From: an uncultured bacterium
Lineage (GTDB): Bacteria > Krumholzibacteriota > Krumholzibacteriia > JACNKJ01
Length of the DNA: 64,000 nucleotides
Direction of reading: 5' to 3'
Assembly: GCA_963695095.1 (NCBI GenBank)
Contig: CAVOFT010000001.1
Coordinates: 992,001-1,056,000 of the forward strand
The translations under genes were made by a program, and so were the position numbers. Positions 1-11,713 of this stretch are shown here, one piece after another. How positions within the stretch are numbered: the first letter of the stretch is position 1; every line of letters starts with the position of its first letter. Below the pieces are notes generated by a model that made no database searches, was not told the origin of the DNA, and worked only from the letters and a program-made list of their open reading frames with translations.

Positions 1-1286
1 TGCCGCAGGCGCAGCAGGATGAGCAGGGTCTCGACCGTCTCGCTGCCCATGAGCAGCAGCGTGCCCAGGAGCGCGCCGTTCCAGGCGGGGCGATCCGCCA
101 CCAGCGCGAAGCCCACGACCACCACCAGGATCAGCTTCACGAGACTGGCGACGCCAATGCTCGCCGTGCGTTCCTGCGCCATCAGGTAGCCCGAGCTGAT
201 CGTGCGCAGGCCCAGCGTGATCGGCTGGTAGGGGATCCAGAGCATGGCGGCCGCGACGGCGGCGTAGAGCGGTCCCGCCGGCGGCAGCGAGAAGAGCCGC
301 TCCAGGCAGATGCCGAGCAGGGGCGTCCACACGCAGGCGGCCACGCTGAGCACGAAGAGCACGATGGTGGCCAGGCCGAAGCGCATCAGCACCGGCAGGT
401 CCTCGCGGCGCTTGCCGAGCACGGCGGCGGTGCTGGCGAAGGCCCAGAGCGGCGAGGCCGCCAGCAGGAGCAGGGGGAAGACGAGGCCGAAGCCGGCCAG
501 GGCGAGGTCGGGCGCCGCCGTGCGGCCGACGATGGCGTTGAGCACGGGTCGCATCGCCGACCAGGTCACCGCGTTGACCATCAGGGGTCCCGTGAAGGCC
601 CAGAGCCGCCGCCAGGCGACGGGCGCGTCGAACTCGGGGCCGTCCACGCCCGGCGCCTGCCGGCGCAGGAGCTGGCGGCCCCGCCAGCCCATGGCGAGGG
701 TCTCGACGGCGATGGCGATCGTCAGCGCGGCGGCGCTGATGAAGGCGCCCGAGAGCCGTCCGGCGCCGGCCGCCCCCAGCAGCAGGGCGGCCAGGGCGGC
801 CAGGCGCAGCAGCGTGGCCACGCCGATCGCCCGCGTGTCGCGCTGGCGCATCACGATCCCCTGGAAGTGGGCGCGCAGGGCGAGCAGGATGGGGATCGGC
901 CACTGGGCGAGGGCCACCTGCTGGGCCAGGCGCGATGCGGCCGGACTGGCGCCCATCGAGCGCTCGATCAGCGTCGCTCCCCCGGGAGCGAGGCCCAGGG
1001 CGAGCTCGAGGAGGGCGAGTGCCGCAGCGAGGGCGAGCTGCTTGCCGAGCAGGCTGCGGCGGGCCAGCGGTCCGACCCCGAGCACGGCGTTGGTCTGCAC
1101 GAAGGGATAGAGCGGCGAGTTGAGGAAGACCAGCAGGCCGAAGCCCACGGCGTAGGCGGCGAGCTGCGTGGCGGGATCCTCGCAGCGCCCCAGCGCCATG
1201 TTGATGAGCGGGCCGGCCAGGGTCAGCATCTGGCTGGTCAGGACGAGCGGCCAGTAGAAGTCGAAGATCTGCCGCTGCCTGAGCAT
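1..1286 (-). CDS. MATE-fold/ANKH-like membrane transporter (3' end outside window)
   Basis: Manual translation from ATG at 1286: MLRQRQIFDFYWPLVLTSQMLTLAGPLINMALGR...QLAAYAVGFGLLVFLNSPL; internal repeat of this motif (WRRLWAFTGPLMVNAV...LAGFGLVFPL) fits the two-fold MATE topology; open to window edge. Confidence 0.75.
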   Translation of the reverse strand, partial: MLRQRQIFDFYWPLVLTSQMLTLAGPLINMALGRCEDPATQLAAYAVGFGLLVFLNSPLYPFVQTNAVLGVGPLARRSLLGKQLALAAALALLELALGLAPGGATLIERSMGASPAASRLAQQVALAQWPIPILLALRAHFQGIVMRQRDTRAIGVATLLRLAALAALLLGAAGAGRLSGAFISAAALTIAIAVETLAMGWRGRQLLRRQAPGVDGPEFDAPVAWRRLWAFTGPLMVNAVTWSAMRPVLNAIVGRTAAPDLALAGFGLVFPLLLLAASPLWAFASTAAVLGKRREDLPVLMRFGLATIVLFVLSVAACVWTPLLGICLERLFSLPPAGPLYAAVAAAMLWIPYQPITLGLRTISSGYLMAQERTASIGVASLVKLILVVVVGFALVADRPAWNGALLGTLLLMGSETVETLLILLRLR

Positions 1287-1329
1287 GCTGCCTCGCGCGG
1301 GCCTGTGGGGAGGTGGCGCCCGCCGGGGG

Positions 1330-2554
1330 CTATTCGTAGCGCAGGGACTCGATGGGGTCAAGCCGGCTGGCCTTGACGGCCGGATAGAGGCCGAAGCCGA
1401 TGCCGGTGCCGGCGGAGACGACGAGCGCCCCGATCACGTAGGGCACCGGCACCGTGGCCGGCAGATGCATGGCGACGTGCAGGATCCAGCCGATGAAGAG
1501 ACCGAGGGCGACGCCGATGGCGCCGCCAAGGCCGGTCAGCGCGGCCGCCTCGACGAGGAAGAGCTGCAGGATGTCCCGCCGGGTAGCGCCCACGGCCATG
1601 CGCAGACCGATCTCGCGGGTACGCTCTTGCACGCTGACCAGCATGATCGTGATGACGCCGATGCCGCCCACCATGAGGCCGATCGAGGCGAGTGCCACCC
1701 CGACCAGCGTCAGGGGACCCGTCACCTTGCGCGTGAAGTCCACGGCCATGTTCTGCGAGCTGATGGCGAAGTCGTTCTCCTTGCCTGGACCCAGCTTGTG
1801 GCGCACGCGCATCAGGCCCTCGACATCTTCCTTGGCGCGCTCGAGCTGGTCGTTGCCTTCCGGGGTGATGAGGATGTTGATTTCATCGGCATAGGAGAAG
1901 TGCTTGAGGAAGGTGGGCAGGGGCATGATCAGGTAGTTCTGCGCCAGGGACCCGAAGATGCTCTCCCGCTTGGCGAAGATGCCCACCACCGTGAACTCCT
2001 GATCCTCGTCGACGCGGATCTGGCGCCCGATCGGATCGAGCCCGCCGAAGAGGTCCAGCGCCGGCTGGCGCGCGATGACGCAGACGCTGGCCGCGCTCGC
2101 GTACTCCACGCTGTTGAAGAAGCGCCCCGTCTCGACGAAGTCGTTCTCCGCCTCCTGGTACTCCAGGCCGGTGCCCGCCACCTGCATCAGGCTGGCCTTT
2201 TCCGGCCCGTGGCGGGCCACCGTGCCCGTGCCCGCGCGGGGATCGACCTGGCGCACGCTGGCGAGCGCGGCGATCGCCTCGGCGTCGTCGCGGGTCAGCT
2301 GGGGCCGGCTCATCCAGTCCTCGGTCTCGCCGAAGGGATCGTTGCGCGTCAGGTAGATCTGCGTGATGTCCGTGCTCAGGATCTCGTTCTCGAGCCGGCC
2401 CTTGAAGCCCTGGATCACCGAGACCTCGGCCATCAGCGTGGTCACGCCCAGGGCGACGCCGAGGATCACGAGCGCCGAGCGGCCCTTGTTCGCGCGCAGG
2501 TTGCGGCCCGCCATGAAGAAGTTCTCGCCCAGGGCCACCAGTCGCGCGTGGGGA

Positions 2555-2562
<8 letters not shown>
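1330..2562 (-). CDS. ABC transporter permease, MacB/FtsX family
   Basis: RSALVILGVALGV N-terminal TM, periplasmic domain, MLVSVQERTREIGLRMAVGA motif, PAVKASRLDPIESLRYE end. Confidence 0.93.
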
Positions 2563-3792
<1,230 letters not shown>

Positions 3793-3801
3793 GGGGAGCT
3801 C

Positions 3802-5098
3802 CTAGTCGGTTTCCACCTCGACGCGCACGCCGCTGCTGCCGCTCGCGGCGGCCTCGTCCTTGGCGGCGACGGCCTTGATGCGCTCGCCGTGGTGCAGGGT
3901 GCGCACGGCGCGCATGGGACCGGTGACGACCTGCTCGCCCTCGGCGAGGCCCTCGATGAGCTCGAAGTGCTTGTCGCCGGCGATGCCCGTGGTGACGGCG
4001 CGGAAGAGCGCGCGCCCGTCCACCTCCACGAAGACGCCTTCGAGCTCCTTGACGTCGTCGGCGAAGGCGAAGGGGGCCACCTTCACTCCTGCCTTCGCCA
4101 GCTGCGGCCCGAAGCGCTTCTCGTCGTCCTCCAGGGCCTTGCGCGTGCGCAGGATGAGGGCCTGAATGGGAATCGACAGCACGCTGTCGCGCTGAGCGGT
4201 GGTGATCTCGGCCGTGGCCGACAGGCCGGGCCGGAGGCCCGTGAGTCCCTCGGCCAGGGTGATCACGACGCGGAAATCGACGCCCTGGTTGCCGCTCTCG
4301 TTGCGCGGGCTGTTGGCGATCTCGGTCACGCGGCCCGGGGAAGATGGAGTCGGGGAAGGCGTCGATCTCGACCTTCGCCGCCTGGCCGATGGCCACCTGG
4401 GGGATCTCGGTCTCGTCGACGTCCACCTCGACCTCCATCACCGAGAGGTCGGCGATGACCATCAGCACCTGGATGCTGAGGGTGCTCTGGATGGCGATCT
4501 CGCCGGGATCGGCGTTGCGGCGCACGACGACGCCGGCCATCGGCGCGCGGATGGAGGTCTTGGCGAGCTGGTCGCGCTGCTGCTCGAGAATGGCCGCTGC
4601 CTGGTCCACGTTGCGCTCGGCCGAGACGAGGCGGGCCTCGGCCAGCTTGAAGGCGGCGCGCCGCGCTTCGAAGTCGCGGTCGCTCAGGGTCGCCGAGGCG
4701 TGCAGGGCCTGGCTGCGCTCCCATTCGAGCGCTTGCTGCTCGAGGCTGGCGCGGGCCTCCTCGAGGCTTGCCTGCGCCGATAGGTGCTGGGCCTCGGCGC
4801 TGCGGGTGGCCTCGCGGAACTGCGTGGGATCGATGCTGATCAGGAGGTCGCCCACGCGCACGGTGTCTCCCTCTTCAGCCGCCACGGCGACGATCTTGCC
4901 CGTGACATCGGCGCTCACGTCCACGGAGACCTTCGGCTGGACCTTGCCCGAGGCGCTGACCAGCTCGGTGAGATCGCGCGCCGCCACGGGCTCGACCTGC
5001 ACCTCGATGGCCTTGCCCCTTTGTTGCTTCAGATTGAGCAGGATGAAGACGGCGATGACGGCCAGGATCCCCAGCCCGATGAACAGCTTCTTCTTCAT
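3802..5098 (-). CDS. Efflux periplasmic adaptor subunit (HlyD/MacA family), frameshift near 4335
   Basis: MKKKLFIGLGILAV anchor, VSASGKVQP, lipoyl-type VSADVTGKI...EGDTVRVGDLL, coiled coil, IRAPMAGVV, VDETEI; C-terminus continues in ORF 3802..4329 (LRPGLSATAEI, EGLAEGEQVVTGP). Confidence 0.9.
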
Positions 5099-5303
5099 CT
5101 CGGTCCTTCCGCGCTGCCCGGCTGGCGCCGGCACGAGGGCAGCATACGAAGCTCCGGCGGCAAGTTACAGGAAAAAGGGGGTGGCCGGCGCCTGCAAAGG
5201 TCTTCGACCGGCGGCAACTGCCATGCTAGCCTTGCTCGAGGAGAGCTGCGGATTCCGGACGGGTCCGCGAGCGATCGCCGTGACTTGCACTGGAGGTGAG
5301 GAC

Positions 5304-5549
5304 ATGAGTCCCCTGCGCGTCGGCCTCATCCTGGCTTTGATCGGCAGCCTGATCCTGGGCGTGTTTGCCGGCTGGATCTTCCATCGTCTCTTCCTGGCTC
5401 ATGTCCCGGAGCAGTGTCTCTCCGGCTTCCAGGCGAGCGCCACGCCGATCACCTTCGTCGGCACCGGACTCGTGTTCGGCCTCGCCATCTGCATCTGGGC
5501 GCTCTTCGTGGCCTGGCTGGCGCCCGGTTTTCGTCGTCCCAAGTCCTAG
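5304..5549 (+). CDS. Small two-TM membrane protein
   Basis: GGAGGTGAGG RBS then MSPLRVGLILALIGSLILGVFAGWIF...; two hydrophobic segments; TAG at 5547-5549. Confidence 0.7.
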   Translation: MSPLRVGLILALIGSLILGVFAGWIFHRLFLAHVPEQCLSGFQASATPITFVGTGLVFGLAICIWALFVAWLAPGFRRPKS

Positions 5550-5648
5550 GGATTCGCCGAGCGCCGGTGCGAAACGCGGGCTTTGCCTGGCGATGCCTGC
5601 AATAGCGTGCTAGAATCACAGCGTGACCCCGCAGATTCGGGAGGTGTG

Positions 5649-7073
5649 ATGATGATGAAGCACGGATACTCGGCTCTGGCGTTCGCCATGCTCCTGCTCC
5701 TTGTCGGCGTCGCTCCCCTCGGCGCCACTCTGCAATTCTATCTGGTCTCCGACGGGCTGCGCGACGCCACCGAGTGCCGCGTGGCCGCCTCTGGCGATGC
5801 CGTGCTGATGACCTGGGTGGAGGCCGACAGCATCTGGACGCGGAGCTGGATGAATGGAGTGCTGGCCCCAGCCGTCAACCACGGTCCGGGCGCAAGGCCC
5901 GACGTGGCCATCAGCGGCCGCGCCATCCTGGCTTTCGAACAGCAGGGCGCCATCATCGTGAATGAGGAGAGATCGCAGGGCTGGACCCAGGAGGCCGTCT
6001 ACGCCTTCGCGCTGGATGTTCGCCTGCCGCGGCTGACCGCCTGGGACAAGGATGGCTGGTTCGCCAACGGCGTCTTCCTCTGCTTCCAGACCGATTACGG
6101 CACGGTTCGCCTTGCCGGTCGCGTCCAGGGCCAGTGGCAGGAGGCCGAAAACGTCTTCGACGGGGCGATGCCCGGCATGCCCATGTTCGCCCAGGCGGTG
6201 CCGGTACCCGACGGGCGGGGCTGGCGTCCGCGCGTCTACGCCATGTTGGAGGATCATCTGGTCTACTGCGATCGCGTGGGTGAGGTCTGGCAGGCGCCCG
6301 TGGGGGTGCACCAAGACGAGTTCATCTACGGCGGCGAGTTCGCCGTGGCGGAGGGGCTGGACAACGAGCAGCACGTGCTCAGCAACGGACCGCAGCCCAC
6401 CTGTCCCTGCAATGTGATCCACTACACGCACGGCGGCCTTGCGGGCGCCCTGGAGCGATCCGGAGGATCTCACCGTCGGAGTTCGACTACTACACCTGGC
6501 CGCAGGATCCGGCCATCGCCGTCGACGCCGCCGGCCGCGTGCACGCGGTCTGGTTCCAGCAGCACTACAGCATGAACATGCTGCCCACCTGGCGCGGGTT
6601 CTACTACCAGGTGCTCGACGGCGGCGTGTGGACGGACTACAGCGAGCAACTTCTGCTGCATGCGCGGCGAGCACGCGGACATGGACCTGCGCTACCGCTA
6701 CACGCCGGCCATGGTGTTCACGCAAGCCTACGACGCGCCGAGCCAGGTGGTGCTGGCCCTGGATCCGGATGCCACGGCAGTGCCGAATGCGCCCGCGGCG
6801 AGCTTCGCGCTCAGCGCCCAGCCCAATCCCTTCAACCCGAAGACCACCCTGCGCTTCGCGCTCGCCGCGCCGGCCGCGGTGGAACTGGCCATCTGCGACG
6901 TCAGCGGCCGGCGCCTGCGCACGCTGTGCACGGGGCTGCTGCCGGCCGGGGGGCAGCGTCTGGACTGGGACGGCCGCGACGACGCGGGCCGCGAGTTGCC
7001 CAGCGGGGTCTACCTGGCGCAGATCGTCGGCGGCAGCCAGCGGGCCATGGCCAAGCTAGTGCTCCTGCGCTGA
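5649..7073 (+). CDS. Secreted beta-rich protein with C-terminal FlgD-Ig/T9SS-like domain (about three frameshifts, 6440-6660)
   Basis: GGAGG RBS, signal peptide MMMKHGYSALAFAMLLLLVGVAPLGA; C-terminus PNPFNPKTTLRF...DVSGRRLRTL...WDGRDDAGRELPSGVYLA; pieces in ORFs 5583, 6439, 6539 and 6660. Confidence 0.8.
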
Positions 7074-7083
7074 TCGCCGCCCC

Positions 7084-7112
7084 TTGACAAGTCCACCCGC
7101 GGCCCCCAGCAT
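7084..7112 (+). promoter_or_regulatory. Putative sigma70 promoter of lipid operon
   Basis: TTGACA-17nt-CAGCAT upstream of ATG 7140. Confidence 0.4.
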
Positions 7113-7139
7113 CGCGTGCCTGGGTGCCGGGGGTGGCCG

Positions 7140-7905
7140 ATGTCCGGAAATCGCTTCGCACTGCTCACGCCGCTCGCACTGCTGGCCGCGCTGGCCGTGG
7201 CGAAGTGGCTCTCCTTCACCGCCGCGGCCTGGCTGATGGCCCTGGTCAGCTTCGCCGGCCTGCGCGAGTACCTCTCCCTCGCCGACCTGCGCGCCGAAGA
7301 TCGCTGGGCGATGCTCGCGGCCTATCTCGCCATCCCGCTGCAGTTCTGGCTGGTTGCAGCGGACTGGTACGGCTTCTTCATCGTCGCCGTGCCGGTCTAC
7401 GTTTTCGTGCTCCTGCCCTTCCTCGTGGCGCTGGGGGGCAGCCCCCGCGGCAGCGTCTTCTCGGTGGGCGCGCTCGATCTCGGCCTCTTCCTCTTCGTCT
7501 ACTGCCTGGGGCACCTGGCCTACCTGGCGCGCAGCGCGCCCGGACTCGCCCTGCTGCTGCTCCTCGCCGTCTACCTCACGGACCTGCTCGAGCGCGCCGT
7601 GCGCCGCGCAGGGGGCGGCCCCGTGCTCAGCTACATCGCCGCCGCGCCGCCCTGCTTCCTGCTCGCCATGGCGATCGGCTTGCCTGCGGGCCTCACGCGT
7701 CCGCAGGGTCTCGCCTGCGCGCTCATGCTTCCCCATCCTCGTGCTGAAGGGCAACTTCACCCTGCGGGCCTTGGAAGCCGATCTCGGCATCGACCCGGAG
7801 GCGCTCGAGCCCGGCCGCGGCCGCATCATCGACGGCCTGCGCCCGCTGCTCTTCGCCGCGCCGGTGGGCTTCCACCTGCTCCGCTTCGCCACGGACATCT
7901 TCTGA
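7140..7905 (+). CDS. Phosphatidate cytidylyltransferase-like (CdsA/YnbB-like) membrane protein, degenerate; frameshift near 7732
   Basis: SFAGLREYLSL, YLAIPLQF, WYGFFIVAVPVY and YCLGHLAYL match YnbB-type CTP_transf_1; C-terminus LEADLGID...PGRGRIIDGLRPLLFAAPVGFH is a degenerate KRDLGIKD..PGHGG.LDR motif. Confidence 0.7.
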
Positions 7906-7912
7906 GGCCGCC

Positions 7913-9310
7913 ATGGACGGGCGCTGCGCATTCCACGTGCTCGTCCTCAGGCCGCTGCTGCGCGCGCTCTTCGGTCTGCACGCCCAGGGGACGGCGCAGC
8001 TCGCCGCGCTGCCGCAGTTCGTCCTCATCGCCAACCACAACAGCCACCTCGATGCGCTGCTCCTGCTCAGCGCGCTGCCCCGCGAACGGCTCGCGCGCAC
8101 GCGCCCCGTGGCCGCGGCCGATCACTTCGGCCGTTCGCGGCGCCTGGCCCGGCTCATGGACCGCCTGCTCGCGCCCGTCTGGGTGGATCGCGCCGCCCCC
8201 GCTGCCGAGAGCGTGGCCGCGATGGAGCGGGCGCTGGCCGCCGGCGATAGCCTGATCCTCTTCCCCGAGGGCACGCGCGGCGCGCCGGGAGTGCTCGCGC
8301 CCTTTCGCAGCGGCATCGGCTGGCTGCTCGAGAAGCACCCCGACTTGCCCGTGATCCCCGCGGCGATCAGCGGCCCCGAGCGGGCGTTGCCCCGCGGCGC
8401 GGCGCTGCCCCTGCCCGTCTGGAATCGCGTGGTGCTCGGTCCAGCGCGACGCCTCACCGGTCCGCCGCGAGAGCTGGCCTTCAGTCTGCGCAGCGAGGTG
8501 GCCGAGCTGATGGGCGCCGAGCGCGCGCGCCGGCAGACGCGCTGCACGCCCCGCCGCGCGACGCGCGTGCTCGCGGTGCTCGGCATCGACGGCTCGGGCA
8601 AGAGCACCCTGGCACGGCGGCTGGCCCTCGAGCTGTCCATGGGGGGGACCAGCGCCTTGGTCGGCGACGAGCTGCAGCTCATCGCCGGCGGCGAGGCGCG
8701 GCCCTTGCAGCCCCTGCCCGCCGAGCGCCTGCGCCAGCACCTGAGTCGCCGCGCCAAGGCCGCGCGCAGCCTGGGCGGCTACAAGCTGCCCAAGCTGGCC
8801 GAGCTGCTGCTGCGCGAAGACCTGCTGCGCGAGAGCCGCCGCTGGTACGACCCGGACTGGGTGCTGCTCGACGGTTCGCCGCTCCTGAACCTGGCCGCCT
8901 GGCTCGCGCTCTATCGCGAGGGCGACCTCGATGCGGACTTCGCCGCCGCCGCGCTCTTGCAGCTCGCTGGCCGCGGCAGCGCCGGCGCGCGGCGCCGCTA
9001 CCGCGAACTGCGCCGCCTGCGGGCGCTGGTGCCCTTTCACCTCGAGCTGCCGGCGGCGGCCGTCTTCATCGCTCTGCCGCCGGAGATCGCAGTGGCGCGC
9101 ATCGCCGCTCGCGGCGAGGCGCGGCAGGTGCACGAGACGGTGGCGAAGCTCGCGCTCCTGCAGCGCTCCTACACGGCGGTCTGCGAGGCGGCGGAGGCGC
9201 AACTGAGCCTCGCCGTGCTGCGCCTGGACGCCACGCAGCCGATCGACGCGCTCACGGACGAGGCGGCGCGCTTCGCGCGCGCCCTCGGGGAGGGGAAGCA
9301 TGGTCAGTAG
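7913..9310 (+). CDS. 1-acyl-glycerol-3-phosphate acyltransferase (PlsC-like) fused to a thymidylate-kinase-like P-loop domain
   Basis: ANHNSHLD and LILFPEGTRG acyltransferase motifs, then VLGIDGSGKSTL Walker A and a dTMP-kinase-like lid (PEIAVARIAARGE). Confidence 0.85.
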   Translation: MDGRCAFHVLVLRPLLRALFGLHAQGTAQLAALPQFVLIANHNSHLDALLLLSALPRERLARTRPVAAADHFGRSRRLARLMDRLLAPVWVDRAAPAAESVAAMERALAAGDSLILFPEGTRGAPGVLAPFRSGIGWLLEKHPDLPVIPAAISGPERALPRGAALPLPVWNRVVLGPARRLTGPPRELAFSLRSEVAELMGAERARRQTRCTPRRATRVLAVLGIDGSGKSTLARRLALELSMGGTSALVGDELQLIAGGEARPLQPLPAERLRQHLSRRAKAARSLGGYKLPKLAELLLREDLLRESRRWYDPDWVLLDGSPLLNLAAWLALYREGDLDADFAAAALLQLAGRGSAGARRRYRELRRLRALVPFHLELPAAAVFIALPPEIAVARIAARGEARQVHETVAKLALLQRSYTAVCEAAEAQLSLAVLRLDATQPIDALTDEAARFARALGEGKHGQ

Positions 9311-10340
9311 GGAGGCCCGCATCGAGGTGATCGCCACGGCGGTCTCGGGTTCCATCGCCGACTGGAGCAAGGTCCAGCGCATCGAGCCGCTGTTTCGCGA
9401 GGCCGGCTGGACGGGGGTGCGCCTGTCCGCCATCGAGGGCCACCGCGAGGCCCGCGCGCGGGCAGCCGAACTCGTTGCCGATGGCGCGCGCATCCTGATC
9501 TCCGCCGGCGGTTCGGGCACCTTCGCCGCCGTGCTCGCCGGCATCCTCGATGCTCAGCCGCCGCTGGCGGAGATCCGCCTCGGCTTCCTGCGCAAGGGCT
9601 CGGCCGATCTCATCGGCAAGGTGCTCGGCATGCCCGACGAGATCGAGGCCGCCGTGCGGGTCTTCTCGACCGCCATCGAGCGCGATCAGGTAGAGCCCTG
9701 CGATCTCCTGCGCGTGGAAGCGATCGGCACCGGTCTGCCCGTGAAGCACTTCGTCGGCTACGGCGGCGCGGGCCTCTTCGGCCGCATCCCGCACTTCACC
9801 GAGAATCGCTTCATGAAGTGGTACAAGGGCGTGCTGAGTCAGGTCTTCGGGGACCTGGGGCCCTTCACGACGGGCATGGCGCTGGCTGTCGGCGAGCGCC
9901 TGCTCAAGGCGCCGCTGGCGCGAGCGCCCGGCTGGCGCCTCACGGTGGACGGCGACGAGGCCGCCAGCGGCCGCTTCCAGGCATTGATCCTCGTGAACGG
10001 CTACCTCGGGCCTCAGCTCGCCTACAGCGAGGATCGCCTCGGCTCGGGCCGCTTTCACTGCTACGCGCTGCGCGACCGCGGCGGCCTGGCCCTGCTGCGC
10101 CAGGCGGCGGCCGCGAGGAGCGGCGCCATCCGTCGCGATCCCACGCGCTGGGGCATGGAGCACTACCCGGCTGCCAGGAGCCTCGAAATCGCCTGCGATC
10201 GCCCCTTCCCGCTGAACGTGGACGGCTCCACGTTGCTCTGCCGCGAGCGGGCACTCATCGAGCGCGTGGGTTCGATTCCGCTACTCAGCGCGCCGCCGGC
10301 TGCGGGCGGGCCGAGCACGGCTCGCGCCTACAGCGCGTAG
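9300..10340 (+). CDS. Diacylglycerol kinase family (YegS/DAGK-like) protein
   Basis: ISAGGSGTF (GGDGT-like), GFLRKGSADL, NGYLG, PLNVDGS C-terminal motif. Confidence 0.75.
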   Translation: MVSREARIEVIATAVSGSIADWSKVQRIEPLFREAGWTGVRLSAIEGHREARARAAELVADGARILISAGGSGTFAAVLAGILDAQPPLAEIRLGFLRKGSADLIGKVLGMPDEIEAAVRVFSTAIERDQVEPCDLLRVEAIGTGLPVKHFVGYGGAGLFGRIPHFTENRFMKWYKGVLSQVFGDLGPFTTGMALAVGERLLKAPLARAPGWRLTVDGDEAASGRFQALILVNGYLGPQLAYSEDRLGSGRFHCYALRDRGGLALLRQAAAARSGAIRRDPTRWGMEHYPAARSLEIACDRPFPLNVDGSTLLCRERALIERVGSIPLLSAPPAAGGPSTARAYSA

Positions 10341-11665
10341 TCCTTGATCTTCTTGTAGAGCGTGGATTCGGCGATGTCGAGGCTCTTGGCAGCGCGCCGC
10401 CGGCTGCCGCCGCACTGCGCCAGCCGCCGCGCGATGGCCTCGCGCTCGACCTCGGCCAGGGTGAGCCCGCCGTCGAGGAAGTCCGTGGCCACCCCGCGCG
10501 CTTCCGGCAGCAGGATGTCGTCGGCGGCGATCTGCGCGCCCTCGGCGTAGAAGACGGCCTGCTCGACCACGTGCCGCAGCTCGCGAATGTTGCCCGGCCA
10601 GCGGTGGGCCCTGAGCTTCGCGAGCGCCGCGGGCGCGAAGCGCAGGCCGCGCCCCTCGGGGTCGGCGCGCAGGAAGTGCTCGGCGAGCAGGGGGATGTCC
10701 TCGGGGATCTCGCGCAGGGCCGGCGTCTGCAGGGCGATGATGTTCAGGCGATGAAAGAGATCCTCGCGGAAGCGTCCCGCCGCGATTTCCTGCTCGAGCA
10801 CGCGGTTCGTGGCCGCCACGATGCGCAGGTCCACGCGGATCGGCGAGTTGCTGCCCAGGCGCTCGAACTCGCGCGTCTCGAGCACGCGCAGCAGGCGCGA
10901 TTGCAGCTCGAGGTCCATCTCGCCGATCTCGTCGAGGAAGAGCGTGCCGCCGTCGGCGGCCTCGAACTTGCCGGGGCGATCGCCCACCGCGCCCGTGAAG
11001 GCCCCGCGCACGTGCCCGAAGAGCTCGCTGCTCAGAAGCTCGCGGTTCAGCGCCGCGCAGTTGATGGCCACGAAGGGCCGCTTTGCCCGCGGCCCATGGC
11101 GGTGGATGGCCCGCGCCACCAGCTCCTTGCCCGTGCCCGTCTCGCCGCGGATGAGCACCGTCTTCGCCGAGGGCCCCAGCTTGCGGCACTTGCTGCGCAG
11201 CAGCTCCACGGCGGCGCTGGAGCCCACCAGCTCCTCGCTGGCGGGCTCGAGGGCGACCTCGAGGCTGCGCGTCCGGCGCAGGAGCTGGCGGCGGCTGAGG
11301 GCCTGCTCCACGGCGAGCTCGAGCCGCGGGCCGAGCCCTCCGCGGGCGGGCTTTTCGAGAAAATCCAGCGCGCCGAGCTTGAGCGCCTCCACTGCCGCCT
11401 CCACGCTGCCGAAGGCGGTGATGAGCAGCGCGCTCACCTCGAGGCCCTCCTCGCCGAGCTTGCGCAGGAGGCCGAGGCCATCCAGGCGCGGCATGTTCAG
11501 ATCGGTGACGAGCAAGTCGAAGGGTTCGGCCTTCAGGCGGGCGAGGGCGTCCAGGCCGTCCACCGCCGTCTCCACGCGGTAGCCGCGCTCGACGAGCAGC
11601 TCCGCCATGTACTCGCGGTTGAGCTCCTCGTCGTCGACGAGCAGGATGCGGGGCGCTTCGGCCAT
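10328..11665 (-). CDS. Sigma54-dependent response regulator (NtrC/AtoC family)
   Basis: REC domain (ILLVDDE, TDLNMP), GETGTGKE, GAFTGA, LFLDEIG, WPGNIREL, C-terminal Fis HTH. Confidence 0.95.
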   Translation of the reverse strand: MAEAPRILLVDDEELNREYMAELLVERGYRVETAVDGLDALARLKAEPFDLLVTDLNMPRLDGLGLLRKLGEEGLEVSALLITAFGSVEAAVEALKLGALDFLEKPARGGLGPRLELAVEQALSRRQLLRRTRSLEVALEPASEELVGSSAAVELLRSKCRKLGPSAKTVLIRGETGTGKELVARAIHRHGPRAKRPFVAINCAALNRELLSSELFGHVRGAFTGAVGDRPGKFEAADGGTLFLDEIGEMDLELQSRLLRVLETREFERLGSNSPIRVDLRIVAATNRVLEQEIAAGRFREDLFHRLNIIALQTPALREIPEDIPLLAEHFLRADPEGRGLRFAPAALAKLRAHRWPGNIRELRHVVEQAVFYAEGAQIAADDILLPEARGVATDFLDGGLTLAEVEREAIARRLAQCGGSRRRAAKSLDIAESTLYKKIKDYAL

Positions 11666-11713
11666 GGCCTCACCTTTCGCCTCGGCGGAGTGTAGCGCAT
11701 GCGCGCGCCGCTG

